NCBI GenBank assembly: GCA_041744755.1
Contig: JBGTKC010000087.1
Location: 2,600 to 66,599, forward strand
Source: Saprospiraceae bacterium
Lineage (GTDB): Bacteria > Bacteroidota > Bacteroidia > Chitinophagales > Saprospiraceae
Length of the DNA stretch: 64,000 nt
Direction of reading: 5' to 3'
In this document: positions 1 through 8,856 of the stretch, piece after piece
Position numbering within the stretch: the first letter of the stretch is position 1
Layout: every line of letters begins with the position of its first letter
Translations under genes and position numbers: made by a program
The notes under the pieces: generated by a model
Told to the model about the DNA's origin: nothing
The model's input: only the letters and a program-made list of their open reading frames with translations
Databases searched by the model: none

Positions 1-83
1 AGCGCGACAAGCGGATCGTCGACGAGCTGCGCGACGAGCACATCGACGAGTACGGTAGCCACCTCCGGCAAGATCGCGCGTAG
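1..83 (+). CDS. 3' end of an unidentified CDS (partial, runs off the window)
   Basis: Frame 3 reads RDKRIVDELRDEHIDEYGSHLRQDRA then TAG at 81-83. GC3-rich and coding-like. Too short to assign a family. Confidence 0.3.
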   Translation, partial: RDKRIVDELRDEHIDEYGSHLRQDRA

Positions 84-103
84 ACCCGCGGGGGGCGCCG
101 GCG

Positions 104-1282
104 TCAGTGTCCCTGGCCGTCGAGCCCCGGTACGGCTCGGTAGACGCTGTCGCGAACGAGGCCGTCGGCTTCGACGAGTTCCAGGTTCATGTTGGGTTCG
201 CCGGCGTCGACCCAGGCCGTGTACCAGGCCGAGCCCACCGACCGGATCGCCGTGCGGAACCTCTCCTCCACCATGCCGTCCAGGCGGTCGCTGTACATGC
301 GCGCGAATCGCGCGCACGGGACGCGCACGATTGCCCCGAGGCGCTCCTCGTAGCACTCCTGCTGGTCCTCCGGGACGAGGCGTCGCAGATCGGCTTCGAT
401 GAGTAACACGCTGTCCACCAGGTCGTGGCTCTCCGCAATAAGGTCGCGGTACCAGGCTGTCGGGTCCTTGATGTAGCGCGCGCGGCCGACGAGTACATCG
501 TACTCTGCCTCGGCGAAGAGCTCCGGGAGGCGGCTCTCCCAAAAGGCATGAATCCCGCGCTGGCCCGTCAGCTGGCCGTTGTAGTTCTCCGTGGTGTGGA
601 GCGGGACGGTCGCATCGCCGATGTAGTGGCCGATCTCCGCGCTCAGCTGAATAGCCAGTCGGATGTCGTTTTGCCGGAAGGCGTTCGTGAGGCGGCGCTG
701 CATCTGCACGAGGTGGTAAGGCAGGACTCCGTGGCGTGTCATGGTATCTACCACGCGCAGGTAGTCGCAACGTGCTTCCGCAAGCGGGAGCGCCACGTGG
801 AGCGTGTCCTTCTCGTAGGGGTGCGCCCACTGCACGTAGCGCTGGTACCAGCGGGCGTAGTCGCCTTTCGGCAAAACGTAGGTCTCCTCACCGACGAACA
901 GCGCTTCGCTCGCTGCGCGGACCTCCGCACTGTCGCGACCACGGACGCACAGGAGCGTAGTGTACTCCTCGTGGAACTGCCAAAACTCCCACGGTAGTCC
1001 TTCTACCGTCCCATCCCCGTAGCGCTCGACGTCGATAAAGTGACGGGCGCCTTCGAGACGCGCCGCGTAGCGGCGTTTGTCGGGATCGACGGCGTGCGCG
1101 CTGATGAAGCTGCTGTACGTTTTGTAAAACTTCGCAAGGGGCGCAGGTACCGTGTACACGGCCAACCGGTTGATCTCGCGGTGAGCGTAGAATCCCCACG
1201 TTGCGCCGACGCTGATACACGCGGCGGCGAGCGCCATCGCACACAGCGCAAACGACCGCGTTGTGATTGACTTCGCGGTCAC
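104..1282 (-). CDS. S1/P1-type zinc nuclease family protein, secreted
   Basis: Signal peptide, then a mature N-terminus TWGFYAH (the W..H zinc ligands of the S1/P1 family). Also has HYIGDATVPLH and IHAFWES motifs. Likely GTG start at 1282, overlapping the upstream stop as GTGA; an alternative ATG lies at 1237. Confidence 0.72.
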   Translation of the reverse strand: MTAKSITTRSFALCAMALAAACISVGATWGFYAHREINRLAVYTVPAPLAKFYKTYSSFISAHAVDPDKRRYAARLEGARHFIDVERYGDGTVEGLPWEFWQFHEEYTTLLCVRGRDSAEVRAASEALFVGEETYVLPKGDYARWYQRYVQWAHPYEKDTLHVALPLAEARCDYLRVVDTMTRHGVLPYHLVQMQRRLTNAFRQNDIRLAIQLSAEIGHYIGDATVPLHTTENYNGQLTGQRGIHAFWESRLPELFAEAEYDVLVGRARYIKDPTAWYRDLIAESHDLVDSVLLIEADLRRLVPEDQQECYEERLGAIVRVPCARFARMYSDRLDGMVEERFRTAIRSVGSAWYTAWVDAGEPNMNLELVEADGLVRDSVYRAVPGLDGQGH

Positions 1283-2277
1283 TCGAAAAAACTTTGGTAG
1301 GTCCGGAGGGCCGGGGCGAGCTGGTGATCCTGGACGGTGACGAAATTGCGTCTCCCCCACTCCACCCAGTAGCTGGAGAACGGCAGGCTCGCGTCACGCG
1401 CGCCTTGCTCGTTCAGCATGAGCACGGGCTGCAACTCGAAGGTGTCTTTCCGGTCGTGGCCGACCTCTACCACGATTTGGATTGCTGGCACCATGGCCGA
1501 GATGCTGTCCCGCCAGCTTATTTCGTTCTCGAAGGTAGAAAGGGGAATGCGCTGATAAGCCTCGAGGTAGCTCTCGAGGCGCCGCTGCTGGGGTCGCTCG
1601 CGCCGCGCGCCCGTGAGTTCGTTGAGCGCATCGAGCCTCAGGGTATCGCCCGAGCGTATGATGCGAAACGATTCGCTCGGGCGGCGGGGGTAGCGCACCT
1701 CCACGCTGCGGATCTCTTCGGGGGGGTAGGCGATAAAGTCGCGCGAACGCCAGCTGCTCACGTCTCGCAGATCAAATAGCGGCCTCAGGATGCCCGTCAA
1801 CATTCCGCGACGCACGGCGAAGACATCGTTGTACCCCTCGACCATCATGTACGACCCGACCGACTTGGGCGTCCCACCACCCATGAGCAGGCTTCTGATC
1901 TTGGTGCCTTCCCGATCGTAGACCTCGATCTTCAGGGCGTTGGCCGACATCTCTCTGCGGACGGTGCGCGCGGCGGCGCTATTCGGGATGTGGTCGATCT
2001 TTAGCTCGGACAGCGTACGGGTAGCCTGTCGCATAATGGTCGGTGAGGCCGTCACCGAGTCGTTGATCAACCACGAGCCGTCGATCTGAAGCCGGAGATC
2101 CATCGAGCGCCCGGTCATGTCGGCGATAAAGAGTCGTCCGATGACCTGGGGGGAGGACACAGCAAATTCCCGCTCGGGGTAGGCGGCCTCCCGGTGCTGG
2201 TCTTCGTACCGTATGTACGCGAAAGCCAGCGCGGTTAGTGCTACGGCAGCCGACAGTAGTGCGGTAGTCCTCGTCAT
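1279..2277 (-). CDS. DUF4340-like protein downstream of gldG
   Basis: N-terminal TM anchor. Its position directly after gldG is the usual place for DUF4340 proteins in Bacteroidota. No catalytic motif recognised. Confidence 0.6.
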   Translation of the reverse strand: MTRTTALLSAAVALTALAFAYIRYEDQHREAAYPEREFAVSSPQVIGRLFIADMTGRSMDLRLQIDGSWLINDSVTASPTIMRQATRTLSELKIDHIPNSAAARTVRREMSANALKIEVYDREGTKIRSLLMGGGTPKSVGSYMMVEGYNDVFAVRRGMLTGILRPLFDLRDVSSWRSRDFIAYPPEEIRSVEVRYPRRPSESFRIIRSGDTLRLDALNELTGARRERPQQRRLESYLEAYQRIPLSTFENEISWRDSISAMVPAIQIVVEVGHDRKDTFELQPVLMLNEQGARDASLPFSSYWVEWGRRNFVTVQDHQLAPALRTYQSFFE

Positions 2278-2282
2278 ATCGC

Positions 2283-3977
2283 TTAATAAGCGTAACGTCT
2301 CCGGCGAAGGTAGCGGTACACCAGGCCAGCTCCGGCAAGCAGGACGAGGGGAAGGCCCAGGTTGAGGAGGCGCCAGAAGGTGGCCTCGGCCTTGGCGCGG
2401 GGGCCGTCTAGGAGTCGTAGCTTGACCTCGCGGTTGCGCGCGGTGATGACGCCGCTGTCATCCAGGAGGTACTCGATCGCGTTGACGAGGAAATCGCGGT
2501 TGTCGAAAACGTACTCCTCGAACTCGTTGTAGCCGAGGGGCCGGAACGCGTCCTGCTCGGGGTCGACGGCGTTCTTGGCGATATCCCCGTCGGCCACGAC
2601 GATGAGCTTGGCGCCCTCTCCGCTCGCCCTGAACTCCTGGCCGATGGCCGCGAGCCCAGCGGCGAAGTCGCTGCCCAAGCGATTCTCGTACAGGGAGGTG
2701 AACTTGCCTTCGAGCAGAACAGCGAGCGGGATCGGACCCTTATTGAAACGCTCCCGCTCGAGCGAGTAGCGGACGTCCTCGAGGCTCACCCGCGCCGGCG
2801 AGTAGCGCACCAGTGCGTTGCCGGTCGTCGACAGGAGTACCGACTTACGGACCGCCGTCTTCGTGCGGACGGTGGTGTCGATCTCGCTCGGGAAGTACAG
2901 CTGTACGGGCTGCAAGCTTTTAGTAATTGGGTGTTCAGGAGAGGGCGTCGCGAGGACGTGGTAAGGCCAGGCCCGAAGTTCGAACTGGGGCGCGTTACCG
3001 ACCTGGCCGGTCACCACGGGGATGCGGGTACTCTGTAGGTCTAGCACGAGGTTGGGCTCTATCCGGATGCCGTACTTGAAGAGTAGGTCGTCGAGGTTCT
3101 GCGGGTGATCCCCGGGAATGAACTCCAGTCGGCCGCGGAGGCTGTCGAGGTTGACGCGAAGCTTGTCTAGCATCATGAGGACCCTGCCCCCGCGCATGAT
3201 GTACTGGTCGAGAACAAATTTGGCTCGCTCGCTAAACGGCGCCCGGGGATCGGCGACAATGAGGGCCCCGATTTGTTCGGGGCCTACGGTGTAGAGCGTA
3301 TCGAGGTTGACGCGACCGACGCTGTAGTACGGACTCAGTGTATTGGTGAGGTCGCGGATTTGGAGGGGCGCGAGCTCGCCGTGCCCGACGACGAGCGCAA
3401 TGAGCGGTCGCCTGACCCGCAGCAATTTCTGGATGGCGTTGGCGAGTTTGTACTCCAGCAAGCTTACCGAGTTGTTCACCGCCACGTCGGGGCTTTGCCC
3501 GGGGATGTTGTTCTCGAGTAGGTTGACCGCCACGCGCTCGTTGGCGTAGGTCACGATGGCGTAGGGCCAGAGCAAGCGCTCCGAGCGGCCCTCAGCGGAC
3601 TGAACCTGGAAGTTGACCGGCTTTAGGCCACTCTCGGCGAGCTGTTTACGGACCGTGTTCGCCTCCTCGGGCGTGCCCGCGGATGGGTCCGTGAAGCCGT
3701 AGTCGACGTTGCCGTTGACGCTAGCGAAGTCCCGCAGCATCTCCTCGGTCGACGTTCGCAATCGAGCGAAGCCCGCTGGGAACTCCCCCTCCAGCAGGAC
3801 GTCCACGTAGATCGGCTCGTCGACGCTGCGGAGGATTCGCTCGGTGGCGGCGGTGAGGGTGAAGCGGCGTTCCTCAGTGAGGTCCAGGCGCCCAGGAAGA
3901 TAGGTAGCGAGCAGGTTGACGAAGACGAGGAGTGCGGTGGCGAGGGCAAACTGGAGGCCGCGGCTTACGTATTTCAT
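2283..3977 (-). CDS. gldG: Gliding-motility-associated ABC transporter substrate-binding protein GldG
   Basis: 564 aa with N- and C-terminal TM segments. GldG/ABC-type uncharacterised transport system architecture. ATGA overlap with the gldF stop. Confidence 0.85.
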   Translation of the reverse strand: MKYVSRGLQFALATALLVFVNLLATYLPGRLDLTEERRFTLTAATERILRSVDEPIYVDVLLEGEFPAGFARLRTSTEEMLRDFASVNGNVDYGFTDPSAGTPEEANTVRKQLAESGLKPVNFQVQSAEGRSERLLWPYAIVTYANERVAVNLLENNIPGQSPDVAVNNSVSLLEYKLANAIQKLLRVRRPLIALVVGHGELAPLQIRDLTNTLSPYYSVGRVNLDTLYTVGPEQIGALIVADPRAPFSERAKFVLDQYIMRGGRVLMMLDKLRVNLDSLRGRLEFIPGDHPQNLDDLLFKYGIRIEPNLVLDLQSTRIPVVTGQVGNAPQFELRAWPYHVLATPSPEHPITKSLQPVQLYFPSEIDTTVRTKTAVRKSVLLSTTGNALVRYSPARVSLEDVRYSLERERFNKGPIPLAVLLEGKFTSLYENRLGSDFAAGLAAIGQEFRASGEGAKLIVVADGDIAKNAVDPEQDAFRPLGYNEFEEYVFDNRDFLVNAIEYLLDDSGVITARNREVKLRLLDGPRAKAEATFWRLLNLGLPLVLLAGAGLVYRYLRRRRYAY

Positions 3978-4705
3978 CGCTGCGTCCGATTGATGACCAC
4001 GACGGAGGCGTAGAGGAACCAGCCCGCCACGGTCGCGAAGTAAACCACGTCACTAAGCACGACGAGCCCGCGTGAGATACTGCGGTAGTGGGCCTCGATG
4101 CCTAGGAGCTGCACGAAGTTGTCGTAGCGCCCCACGAAGACCGGCAGCCGACTTAGGTAGTCGAACCCCTGGTAGACCACGAAGCACAGCAATGCCGCGA
4201 GCACGAAGCCGACGATCTGGTTTTGCGAAAGCGTACTGGCGAAAACCCCGATCGCACAGAAGATGCCCGCCAGCGCTAGCAGCCCAAGGTACGAGCCCGC
4301 GATGGCACCGCTGTCGAGGTTGCCCTTTGGGCTCCCGAGCTCGTGAACCGTGTAGTAGTATATCAGCGTGGGGACGAGCGCGAGCGCCGCGAGCGCCCAG
4401 CACGCGAGGAATTTACCGACCACGATTTGCGGGGTGGTGACGGGTTGGGTTAGGAGCAGCTCGAGCGTGCGCTGCTGGCGCTCCTCGGCGAGGGTGCGCA
4501 TGGTGATGGCGGGGATCAGGAATAGAAACACCCAGGGGGCGATGTCGAAGAGCTGATCGAGGCTCGCAAAATTGAAGTTGATCAGGCTGGTATCCGGAAA
4601 CACGAACATGACAAGGCCCAGCAACACCAAGAAGACCCCGATGACGAGGTAGCCTATGAGCCCGCTGAGGAACGCACTAAATTCGCGCCAGAAGATACTC
4701 ACCAT
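3974..4705 (-). CDS. gldF: Gliding-motility-associated ABC transporter permease GldF
   Basis: 243-aa polytopic ABC-2 type permease lying between gldA and gldG. TGATG overlap with gldA. Confidence 0.85.
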   Translation of the reverse strand: MVSIFWREFSAFLSGLIGYLVIGVFLVLLGLVMFVFPDTSLINFNFASLDQLFDIAPWVFLFLIPAITMRTLAEERQQRTLELLLTQPVTTPQIVVGKFLACWALAALALVPTLIYYYTVHELGSPKGNLDSGAIAGSYLGLLALAGIFCAIGVFASTLSQNQIVGFVLAALLCFVVYQGFDYLSRLPVFVGRYDNFVQLLGIEAHYRSISRGLVVLSDVVYFATVAGWFLYASVVVINRTQR

Positions 4706-5619
4706 CAGACGGGCTTGTTTTGACGCGTGAGGTTCTGGAATACGTCCTCGAGGTTGTTGACCTCAAGTTTGAGCTCCAGCAAGCCCCAGCCTTCCCGTGC
4801 CGCAAGCTCGGCGATCCGAGGGCGGACCTCGGCCGCCCCCTGGACGCCGACCGTGAGGCGGTGTCCGTCCCGGCGCACCTCGCCGACGCCCTCGAGACCT
4901 TCCAGTAGAGCGAGGTTACCCACCCGTTCGACGAGGAGCGTGACGGTGGTCTGGCCGGCGATGCGTTCCTGTAGTCGCTCGATCGGATCGTCGGCTACGA
5001 GGCGACCGTTGTCGATGATGAGGACGCGCTGGCATAGCGCCTGCACTTCCTGCATGATGTGGGTGCTGAGCAGGACGACTTTGGTCTCTCCGAGGCGCTG
5101 AATGAGGCGGCGCACCTCCGCCAGTTGATTTGGGTCGAAGCCGTTGGTCGGTTCGTCGAGAATCACGACCGGTGGATCGTGAACGATAGCCTGCGCGAGA
5201 CCGACGCGCTGGCGGTAGCCTTTCGAGAGCTGCCCGATCCGCTTACGGACCTCCCGCGTGAGGCCGACCTGCTCGATGACCTCGTCGACACGCGCATTGA
5301 CGCGTGATACGCCCTGTAGTTTGGCGGTGTACCTGAGGTACTCCCGTACGTAGAGTTCAGTGTAGAGCGGGTTGTGCTCCGGTAGGTAGCCAACCAATCG
5401 CCGCACCTCCGGGGTACTGGGCCAGGCGGGTCTGCCGCCGACGGTTACGCTTCCCGCGGTCGGCTCGAGGTAGCCGGTGATCATCCGCATCGTGGTCGAC
5501 TTCCCGGCGCCATTCGGGCCGAGGAAGCCCGTGACTCCGACTCCGGCCCGGAACCCGACATCGGACACAGCGGCCTGCTCGCCAAAGTGCTTCGTCAAAT
5601 GCTCGAGGAGAATCTCCAT
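4705..5619 (-). CDS. gldA: Gliding-motility-associated ABC transporter ATP-binding protein GldA
   Basis: Walker A GPNGAGKST, ABC signature LSKGYRQR, Walker B ILDEPTNGFD. Confidence 0.9.
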   Translation of the reverse strand: MEILLEHLTKHFGEQAAVSDVGFRAGVGVTGFLGPNGAGKSTTMRMITGYLEPTAGSVTVGGRPAWPSTPEVRRLVGYLPEHNPLYTELYVREYLRYTAKLQGVSRVNARVDEVIEQVGLTREVRKRIGQLSKGYRQRVGLAQAIVHDPPVVILDEPTNGFDPNQLAEVRRLIQRLGETKVVLLSTHIMQEVQALCQRVLIIDNGRLVADDPIERLQERIAGQTTVTLLVERVGNLALLEGLEGVGEVRRDGHRLTVGVQGAAEVRPRIAELAAREGWGLLELKLEVNNLEDVFQNLTRQNKPV

Positions 5620-5707
5620 CCGGTGGCAAACTTACAAGCGATTGTCGCAAGCTTGCGCGCACCATGTCCCGGCTTGGGGCGCTAACCCAAGTACGCCCCT
5701 AGACGTT

Positions 5708-6754
5708 ATGGCGTCTATGAAGTTAGGATACCTCTCCGCCGCGACGGCGATGCTCATCGGGATCGGGGCTTGCGGCGATGCTGCGGTGGCCACAGCTGGC
5801 GAACAGACAGAGGTCGCCGAGGCCCCTGCGCCGCAGCCACCAGGTCTCCCAGACGTAGACTTAGCCGTGACCCCGGCCACGGATGTCACGACCGAACCAG
5901 CGACCGTCACTACGGCCAGTCCTCCGGCTGGTCCTCTGGCTCCGGCACCGACTCTTGCCAGAAGTTCGACAAGTAACAAACCCAAGGCGACCCCTCCATC
6001 AACTGACGCGACCGCCAGCGTACTATCCCCAACGGCTGTAACTAATCGGACGCCCGAGGTTGTCCCGACGAGAGCTGCCGCAGAGGAGGAACCCGCAGCG
6101 GAGTCAGGGGTGAAAGCTCCGTCACACGAGACGTTCGACGAGCTGCTGCAGAAATACGTGAGCAGCACCGGCGCAGTCAACTATGCGGGTTTGAAGGCCG
6201 AGCGAGCCAAGCTCGACGCTTACCTCACTACCCTCGGCCAGTCAACCCCTACGCAGGCCTGGTCGCGCGATGAGCGCCTGGCATACTGGATCAACGCCTA
6301 CAACGCGGCTACGATCCGCTTGATCCTCGATAACTATCCTTTGAAATCCATCCAGGATCTCGACGGCGGTAAGACGTGGGACGTCAAGCGCGTGAAGCTC
6401 GGCGCCGAGACCTACTCCCTCAACCAGATCGAAAACGACATCATCCGGCCGCGCTTCAAGGAGCCGCGGATTCACTTTGCGGTCAACTGTGCCGCGAAAG
6501 GGTGTCCGCCGCTGCGCAACGAGGCCTTCACCGCCGGTAAACTCGAACGGCAGTTGGCCGACCAGACCAAGAAGTTCGTCAACGACCCCCGCTACACCAA
6601 GGTCGACGACAACGCCGTCACGGTGTCCAAAATTTTCGACTGGTACGGCAGCGACTTTGCCGACGTAAAGGCTTTCATTGGTAAATACCGGAACGTTCCC
6701 GCGGGCGCAGCCCTCAAGTACAGCGACTACGATTGGTCCCTCAATAAAGCTTGA
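5708..6754 (+). CDS. DUF547 domain lipoprotein with a Pro/Thr/Ala-rich linker
   Basis: ATG at 5708 gives MASMKLGYLSAATAMLIGIGAC (lipobox). C-terminal WINAYNA...FAVNCAAKGCPPL is the DUF547 signature. The track ORF start at 5477 lies inside gldA on the other strand, so I reject it. Confidence 0.8.
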   Translation: MASMKLGYLSAATAMLIGIGACGDAAVATAGEQTEVAEAPAPQPPGLPDVDLAVTPATDVTTEPATVTTASPPAGPLAPAPTLARSSTSNKPKATPPSTDATASVLSPTAVTNRTPEVVPTRAAAEEEPAAESGVKAPSHETFDELLQKYVSSTGAVNYAGLKAERAKLDAYLTTLGQSTPTQAWSRDERLAYWINAYNAATIRLILDNYPLKSIQDLDGGKTWDVKRVKLGAETYSLNQIENDIIRPRFKEPRIHFAVNCAAKGCPPLRNEAFTAGKLERQLADQTKKFVNDPRYTKVDDNAVTVSKIFDWYGSDFADVKAFIGKYRNVPAGAALKYSDYDWSLNKA

Positions 6755-8004
6755 GCACCTTGGACGCCGACGTCATCGTCATCGGGGCCGGCGCGGCAGG
6801 ACTGGTCGCCGCACTGGCTCTGCGGAAAAAAGGGCTCACGCCGCTCGTGGTCGACTCCGCCGGTCACGTGGGTGGGCGCCTCGCCACCACCCACGAAGAC
6901 GGCTTCACGTTCGATCACGGCTTCCAGGTGCTACAGACCGCTTACCCCACCGTGCGGCGGTGGCTGGACCTCGACTCGTTGGAGGTAGAAGCCTTCGAGC
7001 CCGGGGCCGAAGTGTTCTTGCCAAAGGGCAGGCGAAGTCTGCTGTCCGATCCCCTCCGCCGGCCTCGACACCTGCTGTCTAGCCTTCTGTCCCCGGTGGC
7101 GACATTGGGGGACAAGTTGCTTACGCTAAAACTCGTCGCGTACCTGCGAACCCATAGCTCAGAGCGGATATTTGCGCTGCCTGAAGTGAGTACCTACGAG
7201 TTCCTCCGCGATTACGGATATAGTCAAAACTATATCGACAATTTCTTTCGACCGTTCTACGGCGGGATCTTTCTGGAACGAAATCTCGAGTCTTCGAGCC
7301 GGCTCTTCCTTTTTACGTTCAAGATGTTTGCCGAGGGGCAGGCGGTTTTGCCGAAAGGCGGAATCCAGGCCGTGGGCGAGCAGCTCGCGGATTCACTCGG
7401 GCGAGCGCACGTGAGCCTCGACAGCGAAGTGGTTGCTATCGATCAGAACGCCGTAACCCTTGCGGGAGGCCGCCGTCTGCTGGGCCGCGCAGTCATCGAC
7501 ACGCGACCTAGCAGGCGAGATTTGGCTACAGGATGGAAGTCGACAGTAGTGGTCTACCTCGAGGCCGGTATCCACTCACTGCGTCCGCGCACCTTGGGAC
7601 TCGTGCCGGGAGGGTGTCCCGTCGGGATCATCACCGACCTGAGTGAAGTTCAGGCGAGTTATGCGCCTTCCGGCAAAACACTCCTCTCGGCCTCGCTCCA
7701 AGCGCCGCTGGGGCGGTCATTTGAATTTTACGTTGAAGAGGTCCGCAAGTCGATGGCACCGTGGTTGCGCGAGGAGATGGCTACTTGGCGCCCACTGCGG
7801 CACGTCGAAGTCGCGATGGCCCTGCCCGGGGGCCAACACGTGAGGTGGGAGGTCGCGCCGGCAGCTTTAATTCGGGAGGGAACTGTAATGGCTGGGGATG
7901 CGACCCTTGCCCCCAGCCTTCACCACGCGATGCGCTCCGGCGAATTGGCCGCGGAAGCCGTTTGCGAGCTCTTAGCTCACCGGACCGCCCTTCATCAGGT
8001 TTAG
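6751..8004 (+). CDS. NAD(P)/FAD-dependent oxidoreductase (amine-oxidase/PPOX-like)
   Basis: N-terminal dinucleotide fold DVIVIGAGAAGLVAALALRKKG. TTG start overlaps the upstream TGA. Confidence 0.72.
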   Translation: MSTLDADVIVIGAGAAGLVAALALRKKGLTPLVVDSAGHVGGRLATTHEDGFTFDHGFQVLQTAYPTVRRWLDLDSLEVEAFEPGAEVFLPKGRRSLLSDPLRRPRHLLSSLLSPVATLGDKLLTLKLVAYLRTHSSERIFALPEVSTYEFLRDYGYSQNYIDNFFRPFYGGIFLERNLESSSRLFLFTFKMFAEGQAVLPKGGIQAVGEQLADSLGRAHVSLDSEVVAIDQNAVTLAGGRRLLGRAVIDTRPSRRDLATGWKSTVVVYLEAGIHSLRPRTLGLVPGGCPVGIITDLSEVQASYAPSGKTLLSASLQAPLGRSFEFYVEEVRKSMAPWLREEMATWRPLRHVEVAMALPGGQHVRWEVAPAALIREGTVMAGDATLAPSLHHAMRSGELAAEAVCELLAHRTALHQV

Positions 8005-8060
8005 CTTGACCGGTGCGTGGCTGATTGGAGACATGCGTCATTTACGTCGCCACAAACACG

Positions 8061-8095
8061 AAGGCCACCCCCGCTCCAAGAGCAGGGGTGGCCTT
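8061..8095. terminator. Bidirectional terminator hairpin between convergent genes
   Basis: AAGGCCACCCC-c-GCT / loop CCAAG / AGC-a-GGGGTGGCCTT gives 14 bp with one C/A mismatch. It lies between the oxidoreductase stop (8004) and the kbp stop (8118). Confidence 0.6.
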
Positions 8096-8117
8096 ACGAA
8101 GGCAATGCGCGGCTTGC

Positions 8118-8609
8118 TTACATCTTCGGGATCCGGAGCATCTGCCCGGGGTAGATCTTATCGGGATCCTTCAGCATAGGCTTATTGGCCTCGAAGATCT
8201 GGCTGTACTTCATCGGGTCACCGTAGAACTGCTTCGAGATTTTAGACAGGGAGTCCCCGCTCTTAACCTCGTAGAATTCCGCTTCGGGCGCGGGCGTCAC
8301 CACGGTGAGGCGGTCGTCCACCGAGGCGATCCCGGTTACGTTGCCGAGGGCAAGGATGAGCTTCTCGCGATGCTCCTGCTGCTGGACTTGGCCGTAGATC
8401 GTCACCTTATCGCCATCCACGTTCAGGTCCATATTTTGGATTGGGATCCCGGTGGAGTCGATGACGCTACGCATTGCGACCCCGCGCTGGCGCTCGAGGT
8501 TTTCCACTGAGGCTTTGTCATTGGCGGCGGCTGCAGTGATTGCGGCCTCGTCATTGTCTTTACCGAAGATCTTGGCTCCAGCGTTCTTGAGGAATGAAAA
8601 TACGCCCAT
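8118..8609 (-). CDS. kbp: BON + LysM domain protein, Kbp/YgaU homolog
   Basis: MGVFSFLKNAGAKIFG...GNVTGIASVDD...YEVKSGDSLSKISKQFYG...KIYPGQMLRIP is collinear with E. coli Kbp (YgaU) as I recall it. ATG at 8609; the 264-aa track ORF is an upstream extension. Confidence 0.85.
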   Translation of the reverse strand: MGVFSFLKNAGAKIFGKDNDEAAITAAAANDKASVENLERQRGVAMRSVIDSTGIPIQNMDLNVDGDKVTIYGQVQQQEHREKLILALGNVTGIASVDDRLTVVTPAPEAEFYEVKSGDSLSKISKQFYGDPMKYSQIFEANKPMLKDPDKIYPGQMLRIPKM

Positions 8610-8856
8610 GGTCGTAGGGAGGGTTTGGTGTTGAGGTAGGTGGGTGGGTCGTCGACTGCGGCCGCGTTCCGCCACGTGAAGAAGGTCTTCCGGCCCCGCG
8701 GTGTTCACCGACGGTCGCCGGCGTGACACACTGGGAGACCCCGGTGAACAAAACCCGATTCGGCATCCACCGGGGCCGTGTATCTTCGCGCCGCTTTTCG
8801 CGTAAGGCTCCATGGCGGACCCGTGGGCCGTATTTATTTCAGTAAAACGTTCGTCT

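Noticed and set aside
5477-5707. Upstream part of the 425-aa plus-strand ORF.
   Set aside because: It overlaps the gldA N-terminus on the opposite strand. A proper lipoprotein signal peptide begins at ATG 5708.
8702-8750. 9-bp inverted repeat TGTTCACCG ... CGGTGAACA with a 31-nt spacer in the kbp/secDF divergent region.
   Set aside because: The stem is short and the loop long. This is within what chance allows in 64 kb, and I saw no second copy in the window.
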